From: Octopus vulgaris
Lineage: Eukaryota
Direction: 5' to 3'
Assembly: GCA_951406725.2 (NCBI GenBank)
Contig: OX597816.1
Coordinates: 5,704,001 to 5,768,000, forward strand
DNA: 64,000 nucleotides
This document shows, one piece after another, positions 11,438 through 25,062 of this stretch (the stretch's first letter is position 1; every line of letters starts with the position of its first letter). Position numbers and translations under genes: made by a program. The notes under the pieces were generated by a model. That model saw only the letters and a list, made by a program, of their open reading frames with translations. It did no database searches and had not been told where the DNA came from.

Positions 11438-12117
11438 TTCCCGCGATTTTTACATAAATCCAGCCATGTAATACGTTTCCTTAAGGAGATAGCTATTAAT
11501 TCTGTTAGAGAAAGCTTTTTCAAAAATAAACAGGATGACTACACATAAAACTTAAACTAAAGAAACAAATCGTTAAAAATCTCTTTGTATTTAAGTAGGA
11601 ACCGATATGCTTCTTCTATGATTCCATGGGAAATTTCTGGACAAATTTACAGAAATAATCGACATCTTTCCGAAACCTTTGTCCTCTTCGCTTTATTTCT
11701 CTGTCTTCTTGTGAGTCGCTGTTTTATTGTTTTACATTTGTTGTGTGTGTGCGTGCGTGAGTATGTGTGCGTATGGTGGCCCAGGGCGTGCATGCTAATG
11801 TATCTCTTTTACAAACGATATTTGTGTTATTCTGGTTCGTTCTTTCTCGGACTATTTTTCTTCCGGATCAGCATCATTTTGTTTTTTTTTCTTATCTCGA
11901 TCATCCCAGAGCTGCAATGATCTACTTGAAAGCATCCTATCACTTTAAGAAAAGAAGTCATCTTAAATATAAAACAGCCATTAGAAAGTTTGAGAAACGG
12001 TCAAAGCAAATATGAGAAATACGCAATTAACCATCATCAGTCACAGTTATATGGTAAGCTGTTCCTAAAGAGCTACTGCTGTACTTTTGACAAAACGTAT
12101 GATATACATCGAATGTA

Positions 12118-12620
12118 ATCACGTGATTAGTGGATGCTGTCATACATCGATGTTCACAATGCGCTTAGCAATGCGTTTAGCATCGTTTATGTTTTTCAGT
12201 GATACCACATCGCTGGCAAGGCGAGAGGGCCAAAATCCCTCCAAACAACAACCCACCCCCGCCCACCAGAAAATGTTAGTCCGTCATAGGGTCATCCGTT
12301 TACAGCCGAGTGGACTGGAACAGTGCTCCGCAACCTCTTTCCTCTTGCGGCATACTTATATATTTTTCTTCAAAATTGGGCGGCACACCTGAACTAAATT
12401 TATAAGGGGGGAAAATTATATTCAGGTTACACTGCAGCACACCTAGCATTATTTCGTGGCACACCAGTGTGCCGCGGCATATCGGTTGCGGAGCGCTGGA
12501 CTAGAGCAACGTGAAATGAAGTGTTTTGCTCAAGAACAGGACGCGTCGCTCGGTCGGAGATCGAACTCACGCTCGTTAGATCGTGATTGCAACACCGCAA
12601 CCGCTGTGTCACGCGCCCTT
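12118..12620 (-). mobile_element. tRNA-derived SINE (family C) interrupted by a hAT MITE
   Basis: Minus-strand head ...GTGAGTTCGATCTCC...TTCTTGAGCAAAACACTTCATTTCACGTTGCTC. The 3' part resembles 59280-59397. Confidence 0.6.
12321..12498. mobile_element. hAT (Charlie-like) MITE
   Basis: 15-bp TIRs CAGTGCTCCGCAACC / GGTTGCGGAGCGCTG. Degenerate 8-bp TSD GACTGGAA/GACTAGAG. Confidence 0.8.
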
Positions 12621-13192
12621 ACGCAATAAAATCGTCACACGGTTCGGATTGTAGTTTGCTGCTCTTCCATATTGGCTGCTGGTGGCTCTAGGTAGGAACA
12701 GACGACATATAATACGTTTGCCAAGTTCAATAATTTTGAAATGTTATACTTCTCTAAGAAATCAATAAGAGATACGATTACGAACTTTAGCTAAAAAGAT
12801 TTAAATAGAAATGGTCAGAAAAGATTAACGCTGATCAGAGCATTATCTACAGTCAGGACAATAGAATTACATAAACTTAGCAGAGCAATTATTAATTCAA
12901 TTATATAAAGAGAAATTTAATTAAAAGTATTCTATTTCTTAAATATCTTTTATATATTATAAGACTTGACAAGCATCCGAAAGGTTAGAGTCGGCTTCAA
13001 ATACAGAAACGTATAATATTTCTTATTATAGTGTCATGTAAGAAAATTGGTTTAATAATAACACAAACCGCTTCCTGTGCTGAAGACAAGGGTCGGGGAA
13101 TCCAACTGTTATTATATTCATTCCCATTGTTAATCTAGCGTATCGACAAGATGAACGCCATAACAACGATAAATATTCCATGTAAGTTTCTT

Positions 13193-13757
13193 ACATAGAG
13201 GGGACAAACAAGGACAGACAAAGGGATTAAGTAGATTACATCGACCCCAGTGCGAAACTGGTACTTTATTTATCGACCCTGAAAGGATGAAAGGCAAAGT
13301 CGACCTCGGCGGAATTTGAAATCAGAACGTAGCGGCAGACGAAATACCTATTTCTTTACTCCCCACAAGGGACTAAACATAGTGAGGACAAACAAGGACA
13401 GACAGACGGATTAAGTCGATCATATCGACGCCAGTGCGTAACTGGTACTTATTTAATCGACCCCGAAAGGCAAAGTCGACCTTGGCGGAATTTGAACTCA
13501 GAACGTAGCGGCAGACGAAATACCTATTTCTATACTACCCACAAGGGGCTAAACATAGAGGGGACAAACAAGGACAGACAAACGGATTAAGTCGATTACA
13601 TCGACGCCAGTGCGTAACTGGTACTTAATTTATCGACCTCGAAAGGATGAAAGGCAAAGTCGACCTCGGCGAGATTTGAACTCAGAACGTAAAGACAGAC
13701 GAAATACCGATAAGCATTTCGCCCGGCGCGCTAACGATTCTGCCAGTTCGCAGCCTT
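13193..13757 (-). mobile_element. SINE family A tandem trimer
   Basis: Junctions GAAATACC|TATTTC at 13348/13349 and 13524/13525, with a single head at the right end. Confidence 0.9.
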
Positions 13758-14394
13758 ATATTTCTTTATTGCTATATAAGACTTTGCGTTAATGTTTGAA
13801 CTCTCATTTAAATAGGTCCCTGACTGGAGCCAGGACAAACCCAGACATGTTTGTCACGGATTGTATAGTTGCCACCGACGATGATTCAACAATATTAACA
13901 CTAAATCTATTCAAGAAAACCAATTTAAATATGTTATTTTCAGTATAAATATGTCGATTTAAATATGTTATTGTCAATATGTTATTCGTAGAGTCTAAAT
14001 TAAGAAATTCGTAAGAAGCTTTCAAAATGAAATACGTAGCGTTCATTCATAATAACGGCTACAATCTGACGGAATAATTTCAGGAAAATAACAACTGTGA
14101 AGAATGGAAGATAAAACATTCCTTTAGGGTGAGCGTGCCGCCGGAGATACTTGTCAATCCTTCTTGTCACTATATTTCTGATGAAATACGTTGACTTCCA
14201 GTTTTTTTTTTGTTTTTTTTTCTTTGAATAATGAATGATGTATTATTTGATTTAGTCCTTATTTACTTGTGTTCGGGAAATAAATTCATACGAAATTCTG
14301 CTGAAAGTTATTTATTTTATTCACTTTAAAAGTGAAAGAACGAGAGTCGGTTCCAGGCAAGTTGTTATAAAAAGGGCTCAGGTTTGTGTGTATA

Positions 14395-14626
14395 TATTTC
14401 TTTATTACCCACAAGGGGCTAAATACAGAGAGGACAAACAAGGACAGATAAACGGATTAAGTCGATTATATCGACCCCAGTGCGTAACTGGTACTTATTT
14501 AATCGACCCCGAAAGGATGAAAGGCAAAGTCGACCTCGGCGTGATTAGAACTCACACCGTAGCGGTAGACGAAATACCGCTAAGCATTTCGCCCGGCGTG
14601 CTAACGTTTCTGCCAGCTCGCGGCCT
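14395..14626 (-). mobile_element. SINE family A monomer
   Basis: Full-length copy with 17-bp TSD TCAGGTTTGTGTGTATA at 14378-14394 and 14627-14643. Confidence 0.92.
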
Positions 14627-15387
14627 TCAGGTTTGTGTGTATAGTAGTTCAATACAGCTTATTTATTGATGAAAACATGATCTGCGTTCACTTGCCTCTA
14701 GAATTATATCAATATTTTGCAAATACTTCAAGAGCAGATGCGAATCGAGAGTAAATTAATGATCGTGTTGTCTATGGAAACTCTTCCCTAAATGAAACAC
14801 GACACTTGTGCACGACGTTCTCTTCTCGACATCCTAAATGTATTATGAATGGAAGAGTACTTGTCCACCGTAAGCCTTATTAAATTGTTTAAACATTCAG
14901 TGATTTATTTGATTTATTTTATAAAGCAATTTGCGAAGAAGCTATAAGTGGAGACGTGTTGAGATCAGTTTACAATTGAGAAGATAACATTGTGATATGA
15001 AGAGAATTTCTATTCATTCCTTGTTCAATATTGATCAATTTATTTGCATGTGAAGACGTTCTAATACACGCACGGTGTATCTTATCTATTCTATTACAGA
15101 CAATTGCATGCATAGCGAAACCGCTTATCTCACAAATCGTTAACATTGATATTGCTGCAATCTCAGCATTTCGTATAAGATTTTACATTTCAATAAATGT
15201 GTTTCAATTGCATTTTTTTTTTCAATATTTTGAATTTTAACGATAACGGAATTTCACCGCGAAAGTAACTTTGCGTTACATCGTGCTTGGGGTAATAAAA
15301 TAACGAACCAGTCAAGTGCAGGGTTCAACATAATCGATTTTCTCCTCCCTCCCTATAAATTGTTTTTGTTATGCAAGAAATTAGTAT

Positions 15388-15570
15388 GGTCGGCGAATCG
15401 GCTGTCTTGTTGGCGCGTCGAACAAAATGTTCAACAGCATTTCGCCTGACTCTTTACAGTCTGAGTTCAAATTCCGGCGAGGTCGATAGAATGAGAACTA
15501 ATCCGGTACAAGGATCGATGTAATCGACTAGACCCTTCCTTTCGAAATTGCTGGCCTTGTGCCAAAAGCT
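15388..15570 (+). mobile_element. degenerate SINE with family A head and alternative tail
   Basis: CTGAGTTCAAATTCCGGCGAGGTCGA...GATGTAATCGACT...CCTTGTGCCAAAA. Confidence 0.6.
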
Positions 15571-15707
15571 CCAAGTCTCACCCACAGAACTCAAGAAGTA
15601 ACTGCAACTTGGACCTTTGTTATTTGTGATTAGCAATGCTATATTGAAGGGAACGGAGGCCACAGTCTGAGAACTAAGAAATTTGTAGCATTTCAGTTTT
15701 GATAGAG

Positions 15708-15858
15708 CATTATTAAATCTCAGAATGAGATGTAAACAGTAATCGCTCGATAATGTGAAGTATAGAAGCCATCTTAATATGGCTAACCACATAGGGGAGG
15801 GGTGTTACTGTAGCACTATAGACCCAGGAGATCGTCGTCTCCAGCTGGCTTTAGACGC
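15708..15858. mobile_element. 151-bp insertion with a 19-bp target-site duplication
   Basis: CATTTCAGTTTTGATAGAG at 15689-15707 and 15859-15877. Confidence 0.65.
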
Positions 15859-17161
15859 CATTTCAGTTTTGATAGAGTTTTAAGAAAATCCGGTCTTTTC
15901 AAGTTGACACGATCTAACCTCTGAGCCATGCACCTTCAGATCACAACAGTTAAAGCTAACATATTGATTGCATAAATCTTGTTTCTCGCATTAAGTTCAC
16001 ACTTAATCATGCCAAGTTTTAGGTTTATTTTTTAATATTTTACGTTTCTGTATCTTTTGCAATGTCCGCAATTTTTGAATTTTCCTATTTCGTATGCGTA
16101 CGCTTTTATATTCGCCACATAATTGTTTTGACGGTGATGTATTCTCCTTAGCTATGTGTTTTCTGATTGCTCGTTCCCTTCTCCCTTGTTCCTGGGCTAC
16201 TATTAAAGTGGCATCTGTGGCTTTCTTCAAGTTCCTTTTCCTTAAACAATACATAATACAGTAATCCCTGAGGAAAACTAAATTTAATATTCTCAGCCGG
16301 CTTTCCACATTTTTGTTTTATCTCTTCTGTAACAATCCACACCTTCATGTCTGACACGTGATGTAGTCTAAGACGGTGAGTTGAAACCGGCGTAATAACG
16401 TCGTTGAAGAGTCATTTTCCAACACCTGGTAAGTTCATTGTAAATTTAATTTCATGACTCGACAAATATTTTGTAGCCAAACTACGGTCTGGTTATGACA
16501 AAGTTTAATGCAGACATCTAGAAAATCCAGTTCTAATTGGCCTGAAATTTTTTTTTTTTTTTTACTTTGCTTTTCACAACCTTGTTGCGGTTAGAAGTGT
16601 CTGTGATAATCATGCACAGCGACAGAATTAAAATTTAAAATGATTAAATTGATGGACGATGTCAAAGGTCAAGTCGAAGAACGTGAAACGAGGACCTGTG
16701 TTAAGTTAACAAGAAGGAGAAGGAAAGCAAAAAAAACCAAAAAATCTTGAGCCAATTCCTCTTTAGGTCCATGGAAAGATACCACAATTCTGAAAACAGC
16801 TCATGTGTCATAGACTGATACAGACGAATGGAATTAACGTTCTTTCTCTACTTCTACAGTTCTGGAAAATAGCTTCGGTTCTTGGTGTAGGAAAAAATGC
16901 GGAGACATTTTATGGCAGGGGCTAACATAGAACCCTAGACGAATGAGACCCCTGAAGGAATAGACGTTTGCACAGGTCAACTTCAATCGATAGCTGGAAA
17001 TACTAAATAAAATATACAGATTTATTAAAAATGAACCCAAGTTTCTACATATATTTTAGAAGATAAAATATATGTAAATATACTGAATGGATTCTGCCTG
17101 CATCGCATTTAACTCGAATTCTTTATTTTGAAATTATTCATTATTTTATATATATACATAT

Positions 17162-17252
<91 letters not shown>

Positions 17253-17504
17253 GCACACATACAGGCACATATACATATAAGAATGTATGTATGTATAATG
17301 AGTAATTTCAAAATGTATAATTCAAGCTAAATTCGGATTATTGCAAAAGAAACAATTGGGGATAAAACTCACAGAGTAGATTTATAAATCTGTTGCATTT
17401 TCTATTTATGTGCAATACGTACATTAACACACATACATACTCACATAAATTATGCATACATGCACACATATATATAATAATATATATATATGTATATATA
17501 TATA

Positions 17505-17568
<64 letters not shown>

Positions 17569-17865
17569 AATGTATGTATGTATATATGTATATATGTATG
17601 TATGTATAGAGAGAGACATATATATATATATATATATGCATATACACACATAGGCACGGAAACCCGGCATAATTTACGTTTCCAGAAAGTTTGGATAAAT
17701 GTGATTTCAAAAAAAAAAAATTAAAGTAAAAAAGGTTTGAAATCATCTTTATTGATTTTGCTGCAATAAAAACTGAAACGCCTGCAAATTAATGCCTTTT
17801 TCAGAGCAAAAATGCTGCCGAATAAAAAAAACATTAACACACATAATATTCTTACAAAGAGATAT

Positions 17866-18210
<345 letters not shown>

Positions 18211-18485
18211 GAGATAGAGACAGAGAGAAACAGAGAGAGAGAGAAAGAGGGAGATACCTATGCGTGCATCTGTGTGTGTGTGTGTGAGTGCGTTTGTGTG
18301 TATGTATGATACGATGTGATATTAATTATAGTCGATTACTATCATTGGCCGAGTTCAGCTACTATTGTACAGATATTAAAATATAATGCACCCATAACGA
18401 TGTATTTGCGTATTCAGTAACTTATAAACGTACTCTTTCCACACCCGTACGCATATACACACTGCTATGTATATATACATATATG

Positions 18486-18551
<66 letters not shown>

Positions 18552-19023
18552 GCCAGAGTGAGAGAGTGCAAAGGATAGAGAGCGAGAAAGAGGAAGCCGA
18601 GTATCGAATACATGTTTATATGTAGAACGTTTCAAAGAATGGCGAGTGGAATTAAAATTGATTAAATGATTGCTTTATCTCTTCACACAGCGGCCATTAG
18701 GTAGCTGGCGAGGTTATTGCATTCCAGTCGATCATATCTCTTGCTAAATCGGTACTTATGAAACATTAAGTCAATCTAAATCTAAACAGCGACATTATAA
18801 CTGACATTAAGCCAAACTGCCTTCTCTTTTAATTCATACAGGTTAATTATTATGGGTGAACATCTCTATTCGGGATGTTACTATTAATTACGGTTAGATG
18901 TATACACCCATAACAATAATCACAGCTTGCTTATTTGATAAGGATAGTTGATAACCAACTGCTATTGCGCCGTTCTGCCCGTGCCTAACACAATTACACA
19001 AAAACAGTCTTATCTGCTAATCG

Positions 19024-19345
19024 TTTACTTGTTTCAGTCAATAGAACGCGGCCATGCTGGGGCACCGCCTTGAAGAATTTCAGACGAGCAAATCTCCTCC
19101 AGTGCTTTGTTTGTTTTTGTTTTAAGCTTGGTACTAATCCTATCGGTCTCTTTTGCCGAACCGTTGAGTGGCATGGATGTAAACACACCAACACCGGTTT
19201 TCAAGCGGTATTGGGGGCAAAAACACAAACAAACACATATATACTCACGCACACTCACACAAACAAGCAAACACACACACACACACACATATACACGACG
19301 GGATTCTTCCAGTTTCCACCTGAGGCCCTATTAGAAGAAACTTTC
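19024..19345 (-). mobile_element. SINE family B, diverged
   Basis: Reverse complement of the GGCGGTGCCCCAGCATGGCCGC...GACTGAAACAAG tail and body. Confidence 0.75.
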
Positions 19346-19512
19346 CCTCGTGTGATGTAGCTCACCGTTTCGATCTCAGGAAAAGTAGAAAACGTGAATA
19401 GTGGATTGTGAGGAGAGGATATCATTATGGGGGGGGGGGGCGAAGTTGCAAGGGTGACGAACGTTGGAGGTGTTGAGACGTCTCGAGTCTTATCAAATAC
19501 TATGCTGTGCTC

Positions 19513-19832
19513 AGTGAGTGAGTGAGTGAGTGAATGAATGAATGAGTGAGTGAGTGAGTGAGTGAGTGAGCGAGTGAGTGAGTGAGCGAGTTAGTGAGTG
19601 AGTGAGTGAGTGAGTGAGTGAGTGAGTGAGTGAGTGAGCGAGTGAGTGAGTGAGTGAGCGAGTGAGTGAGTGAGTGAGTGAGTGAGTGAGTGAGTGTGTG
19701 AGTGAGTGTGTGAGTGAGCGAGCGAGCGAGTGAGTGAGTGAGTGTGTGTGTGAGTGAGTGAGTGAGTGGGTGAGTGAGTGAGTGAGTGTGTGTGTGAGTG
19801 AGTGAGTGAGTGAGTGAGTGAGTGAGTGAGTG
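19513..19832. repeat. (GTGA)n tetranucleotide array
   Basis: Direct reading. Confidence 0.95.
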
Positions 19833-20220
19833 TGCTAAGGAAAGGACGTGCCACAATCTTTATGATTGACTCAGCTGATAGCTGTACTCTTACCATCACT
19901 AACAGTTGCTTCTACTTCGAACTCAGACCACGCGCATTCAGACAACCAAGGATAAGTGCACTCACGGGCGACGTTGGGGCTGACCTCACCACACGTGAGG
20001 CAACCCCTTCTTTCTCCTTCTCCAAATACTTCGGAAGGTTCCCAATTCTTCCAATGGCCGTCGGGTGTCTTTCCTTGCACTGCTTGATTAGGGTTTCCCC
20101 TATCTACGCACACCTCTTCGGAAAGTGTTTGTGCTTCGAGAAAAACTTGGCGGTGTAGTGGTTCACAATTATTTGGTCTATGTATTTGTCTCTGGTCTCA
20201 AATTCCACCAATACCTTAAT

Positions 20221-21235
20221 TTAAGTCATCGTTTTTTTTTCGGGGACAAGGGGCGGGGTTGTTTTTGTAATTGGCTGTGAGTTCTCGTTTGTTTTTGTGG
20301 AGGAAATGGATGGGGACGGTGTATGAGTTCGTTTACGAACTACTGCGTACTCTCCCTCGACCACCTCCATGGTGTGGTCCGAGGGAGCTGTACTTTTTCT
20401 ATCAGGTGCCAACAAGGGGGTGGGATTTTTTACTTGAGTGGGGTCTTGTATATATGTAGTTTTGGGGACTATTTGGGGGTTTTCTGGTGTTTACGCCATT
20501 TTTTCCATCATTTCCTTTTCATTTTGTTTCCTTGTTTCGCAGTCCACGCGAATGCGGCCCTTTTTCCTGCATTCATAGCAGGTGGGTTTTCCTCCTTCCA
20601 TTTGCACTCCAAGGGCCACATTCTCGCCCACGAGACCCTTTCAGGAAGCTCCTGAAGGTCTTCCTCCGCCCCCTGTACAATTGCTGTAATGCTCCGCCCG
20701 GGCCAATTCTGGCCACTACCTCCTTCGGGTCAACCTCCGGTAGTACTTCTGTCACCTTCACACGGAAGGTCCGCCTTCCCATGTATGTTGGTAGAAGTAT
20801 CACCTCCTTTGTTTTCAGGGGACACACGGAATGCCCGCGGGCCACCTCTTCACTAGAAAAACGAACTTCAGCTGTAGCGTATGCTCGTCTCCTTGCAATA
20901 TAGGCTACGTCTTTCCATATCGCGTACAGGCATTTTTCAATTTCCTCTTTATCGAAGTATTTAAACCTTCTGTTTTGTGGACAGAAGGATTTAAACACTG
21001 GAGACCGTTTCTCTGTGTCAACCACACTGGAGTATGGTGATATTTCAACGCCAGCGCCCTCCTCTTTCATTCTTTTAAATAATCCTTCCAGCTGATCGAC
21101 AGGAATGTCGATATTTTCGGTTGCCACCGCGGCGACTACCGAAAACCTTTTCACATTTTCTTGCTTTCTCTCTACGAGAGTACACCTATCGTGTATAATT
21201 TCAACCGACATTCTTCGGACAAGTAAATTACACAA
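20221..21235 (-). pseudogene. LINE ORF1 (RRM-like region, CCHC knuckle, low-complexity tail), frameshifted
   Basis: 220-aa ORF with non-repetitive composition (ATAEVRFSSEEVAR...LPTYMGRRTFRVKV), continuing in other frames. Confidence 0.65.
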
Positions 21236-21573
21236 ATTAAATAGTTTCCCACAAAAATGGGAAATAAAACTTTTTTTCCTCTTGAAGAGGACAGCAGTTC
21301 ATTAACAAGGTTCAAATCCCACGCCCGTTAGGTGGAGGGGCGCAAGAAATTAGTCCATAAAGGCTATACACAGTTTGACAAAACAGCGTTCATAAAAATT
21401 CCACAATGGCCAACAAATACTGGTCAACAATTCCTTCACCTTTAGTTATTCCCCGGTAAAACCGGGAAGTAATTCAACAATGTTCAACAATAAATTTCAA
21501 CGTGCAACAAATAACAAAAACAATCCCAAACGGTAATCCAGCGTTTGCAACAACAACAGCAAAAATGCTTACC

Positions 21574-21807
21574 TATTTCTTTATTACCCACAAGGGGCTA
21601 AACACAGAGCGGACAAACAAGGACAGATAAACGGATTAAGTCGATTATATAGACTCCAGTGCGTAACTGGTACTTAATTTATCGACCCCGAAAGGATGAA
21701 AGGCAAAGTCGACCTCGGCGAAATTTGAACTCACTGCGTAACGCAGACGAAATACCACTAAGCATTTCGCCCGGCGTGCTAACGGTTCTGCCAGCTCGCC
21801 GCCTTAA
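21574..21807 (-). mobile_element. SINE family A monomer inserted in the LINE 5' UTR
   Basis: 14-bp TSD CAAAAATGCTTACC at 21560-21573 and 21808-21821. Confidence 0.92.
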
Positions 21808-21950
21808 CAAAAATGCTTACCAGCGGCGAAAAAACCAACGCCGACAAAATTTCGGGAAGCAAGCTCCTTACCACACAGCAACGCTTGCGACTATAACTGT
21901 GTGTCAAAGTTTGGAACCAAACTTACAAGAGCCAATTGAAACCCATTACT

Positions 21951-21960
21951 GAGTGTGTGT

Positions 21961-22007
<47 letters not shown>

Positions 22008-22040
22008 TGTTTGAGTGTGTGTGTGTATGTGTGTGTGTGT

Positions 22041-22103
<63 letters not shown>

Positions 22104-22294
22104 TGAGTAAGTGTGTGTGTGTGAGTGTGTGTGTGAATGTGTGTGTATGTGTGTGTGAGTGTGTGTGAGTGAGTAAGTGTGTGTGTGTGAGTGTGTGTGT
22201 GAATGTGTGTGTATGTGTGTGGGTGGGTGTGTGAGTGTGTGTGTGAGTGTGTGTGTGAGTGTGTGTGTGTGTGAGTGTGTGTGTGTGTGAGTGT

Positions 22295-22345
<51 letters not shown>
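21951..22345. repeat. (TG)n/(TGAG) compound microsatellite
   Basis: Direct reading. Confidence 0.95.
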
Positions 22346-22347
<2 letters not shown>

Positions 22348-22965
22348 GCGAGCATGTATGTGTGCATTCCCTATATGCGTGCGTGCGAAGCTTCCGACTG
22401 AAAATACAGAACGTAACTAACAAGAGACAATTTCTCAGAAAGGTCGGTGGAGTACTTATAGATATTAATTCCAAGAATATGATGCAAAACGAATCCAAAA
22501 GAGTGTCTCTTCAGCAACGCAATACTATTTTCATAAATGATAAACGTTATATAATATTCTTTAACTGAAAGTATATCTTGGTATATCATCGAAATTTTGG
22601 TGGCATCTTTAATAATTTATATTGTTAAACCAGAAAGAACTTCAACGATTTCATATGGAACACAACCGTGTTTATAAAGAAACTATTTAAATTGCATTAC
22701 GACAATTCAGACGTATTATTACATTGATTAAACAAATTTCATTTTACTTTCATTTCAAAGTAAAAGCATTCATTTCGTTTATATTGAACAAAATTCGATT
22801 AAAACCTTTGATGTCTACGTATTTGTGTACGGATATATGTTTGTAGAGACGTACGTAATTATGTGTATGAGGAGGTTTTAATGGAGGCTCTGTGTATTCG
22901 AAACAATTTCAATTAGAAAATGTATGTATATATATGTATATTTATGCACATGTATATTTATGCAC

Positions 22966-22998
<33 letters not shown>

Positions 22999-23002
<4 letters not shown>

Positions 23003-23052
23003 TAATTTCATCTAGTTTCAGCTCACAAGCTGTGGCCATGCTGGGGCACCGC
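22999..23052 (-). mobile_element. extreme 3' end of the CR1-like LINE
   Basis: Reverse complement GCGGTGCCCCAGCATGGCCACAGCTTGTGAGCTGAAACTAGATGAAATTAAAA matches 32984-33038. Confidence 0.75.
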
Positions 23053-23059
23053 ATATATG

Positions 23060-23448
<389 letters not shown>

Positions 23449-23495
23449 ACTATATATATATATACATATGTGTGTATGCGTGTGTGTGTATGTGA

Positions 23496-23574
<79 letters not shown>

Positions 23575-23620
23575 AAGTAACCACATGTGAATCCTTCCTT
23601 TTCTAATGGACTTTCCTCTG

Positions 23621-23653
23621 TTTCTGAAGAAGAGCTTTGCTCGAAACGTAAAG
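23621..23653 (+). ncRNA. minimal type I hammerhead in a (TA)n-flanked remnant (23575-23762)
   Basis: GTTT-CTGAAGA-A-GAGC-TTT-GCTC-GAAACGTA-AAGC. Confidence 0.7.
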
Positions 23654-23759
23654 CCACCTTTCTTTCGTCCCCTGAGCGTCTCCTAACACTTTACATGTAA
23701 CACGTCCTCGCGTTGTTGTTTTCTTTTTTGTGTTTGTTCTTCGTTCTTTTGTAAATTCC

Positions 23760-23819
<60 letters not shown>

Positions 23820-24526
23820 ATACATACATACACACACATAACAGCAAAAGCTTGTTTAGCGTTAGAAAAATTGTCAGCCAGTATGTGTAATTTGTCTCTG
23901 CTTTATCATCTGCATTGAGAAAAGTGATGTAGTCTTCAGTGGATGACTTCGATCGCATCGTTGCATCAGCGGCCGGTGGAATTGTGGTTCAAATTTGCCC
24001 AACACAAAATCACTCTGACACGCAACTACGCTTAGATATGACAACTCATTGCTTAATTCTGAGCTGTTTTAAATATGTATTTATTCACTGGTTCATAAAC
24101 ATTCAGACCTCGGAGACACAAGATTTGAGTTAAATTTAAATTGTATATTGGAAAGACCACTGAATCAATTTGTGTTTACATTTACCATCTTTTTCTGTAG
24201 ACTTTACTACATAATTTCGGTGTTTCTTATAGATAATCATAACGTTAACAGTTGCGATGGAGGTTTGTATATTTTGCTATGTGTATTTTACATAATATAA
24301 CTCAAGATAATTTATGACAATTTAACGGTGAATATTAGTTGCCCTCAGTTTATATGAAGTACGTGTTCAGAAACGGAGATGAGTTTAACATGTGAGGAAG
24401 AATGGTATGGATGTTCATACGACACATACATACAGACAGACACTTGTACGCGTGCGCAGTAGACATACTTATAAAGTAAGCATTTATAAAATCGTTATGA
24501 GATGCATACAAATAAACACACGCCTT

Positions 24527-24583
<57 letters not shown>

Positions 24584-24595
24584 TCACACACGCAA

Positions 24596-24634
<39 letters not shown>

Positions 24635-24637
24635 AAT

Positions 24638-24653
24638 AGATAGACAGATAGAC

Positions 24654-24715
<62 letters not shown>
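24638..24715. repeat. (TAGA)n microsatellite
   Basis: Direct reading. Confidence 0.95.
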
Positions 24716-24720
24716 CTATC

Positions 24721-25062
24721 AAGGCGCATGGCTTAGGGGTTAGAGCGTCGAGCTTACGATCGTGAGGTTGTGAGTTCGATTGCCGGACCGGGCTGCGTGT
24801 TGTATTCTTGAGAAAGATACTTTATTTCACGTTTCTCCAGGTAACTCACCCGTAGAAATGAGTTGCAACATCACTGGTACCAAGCTATATCGGCCCCTTT
24901 GCATTTTCCTTCGATAACCTCGGTGCCATGGAGAGGGAAGGCTGGTATGCATGGGCTACCGCTGGCCTTCCACAAACAACCCTGCCCGGATTGTGTCTGG
25001 AAGGGTAACTTTCTAGGTGCAATCCCATGGTCAGTGCCGTGACCGAAGGGAGTCTCTTCTTC
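24721..25062 (+). mobile_element. tRNA-derived SINE (family C-like)
   Basis: A-box GGCGCATGGCTTAGGGGTTAGAGCG and B-box GTGAGTTCGATTGCC, followed by a ~270-bp body. Confidence 0.75.

Larger units (their letters stand above)
19833..21950 (-). mobile_element. Tx1/L1-like LINE derivative: 5' UTR, ORF1 and the first codons of ORF2
   Basis: ORF 20573-21235, then a frameshifted zinc knuckle EGGKPTCYECRKKGRIRVDC (Cys codons 20539-20580). APE start motif ILGCLNARGLSSK from 19953 downward. Bounded by (GTGA)n and (TG)n. Confidence 0.7.
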
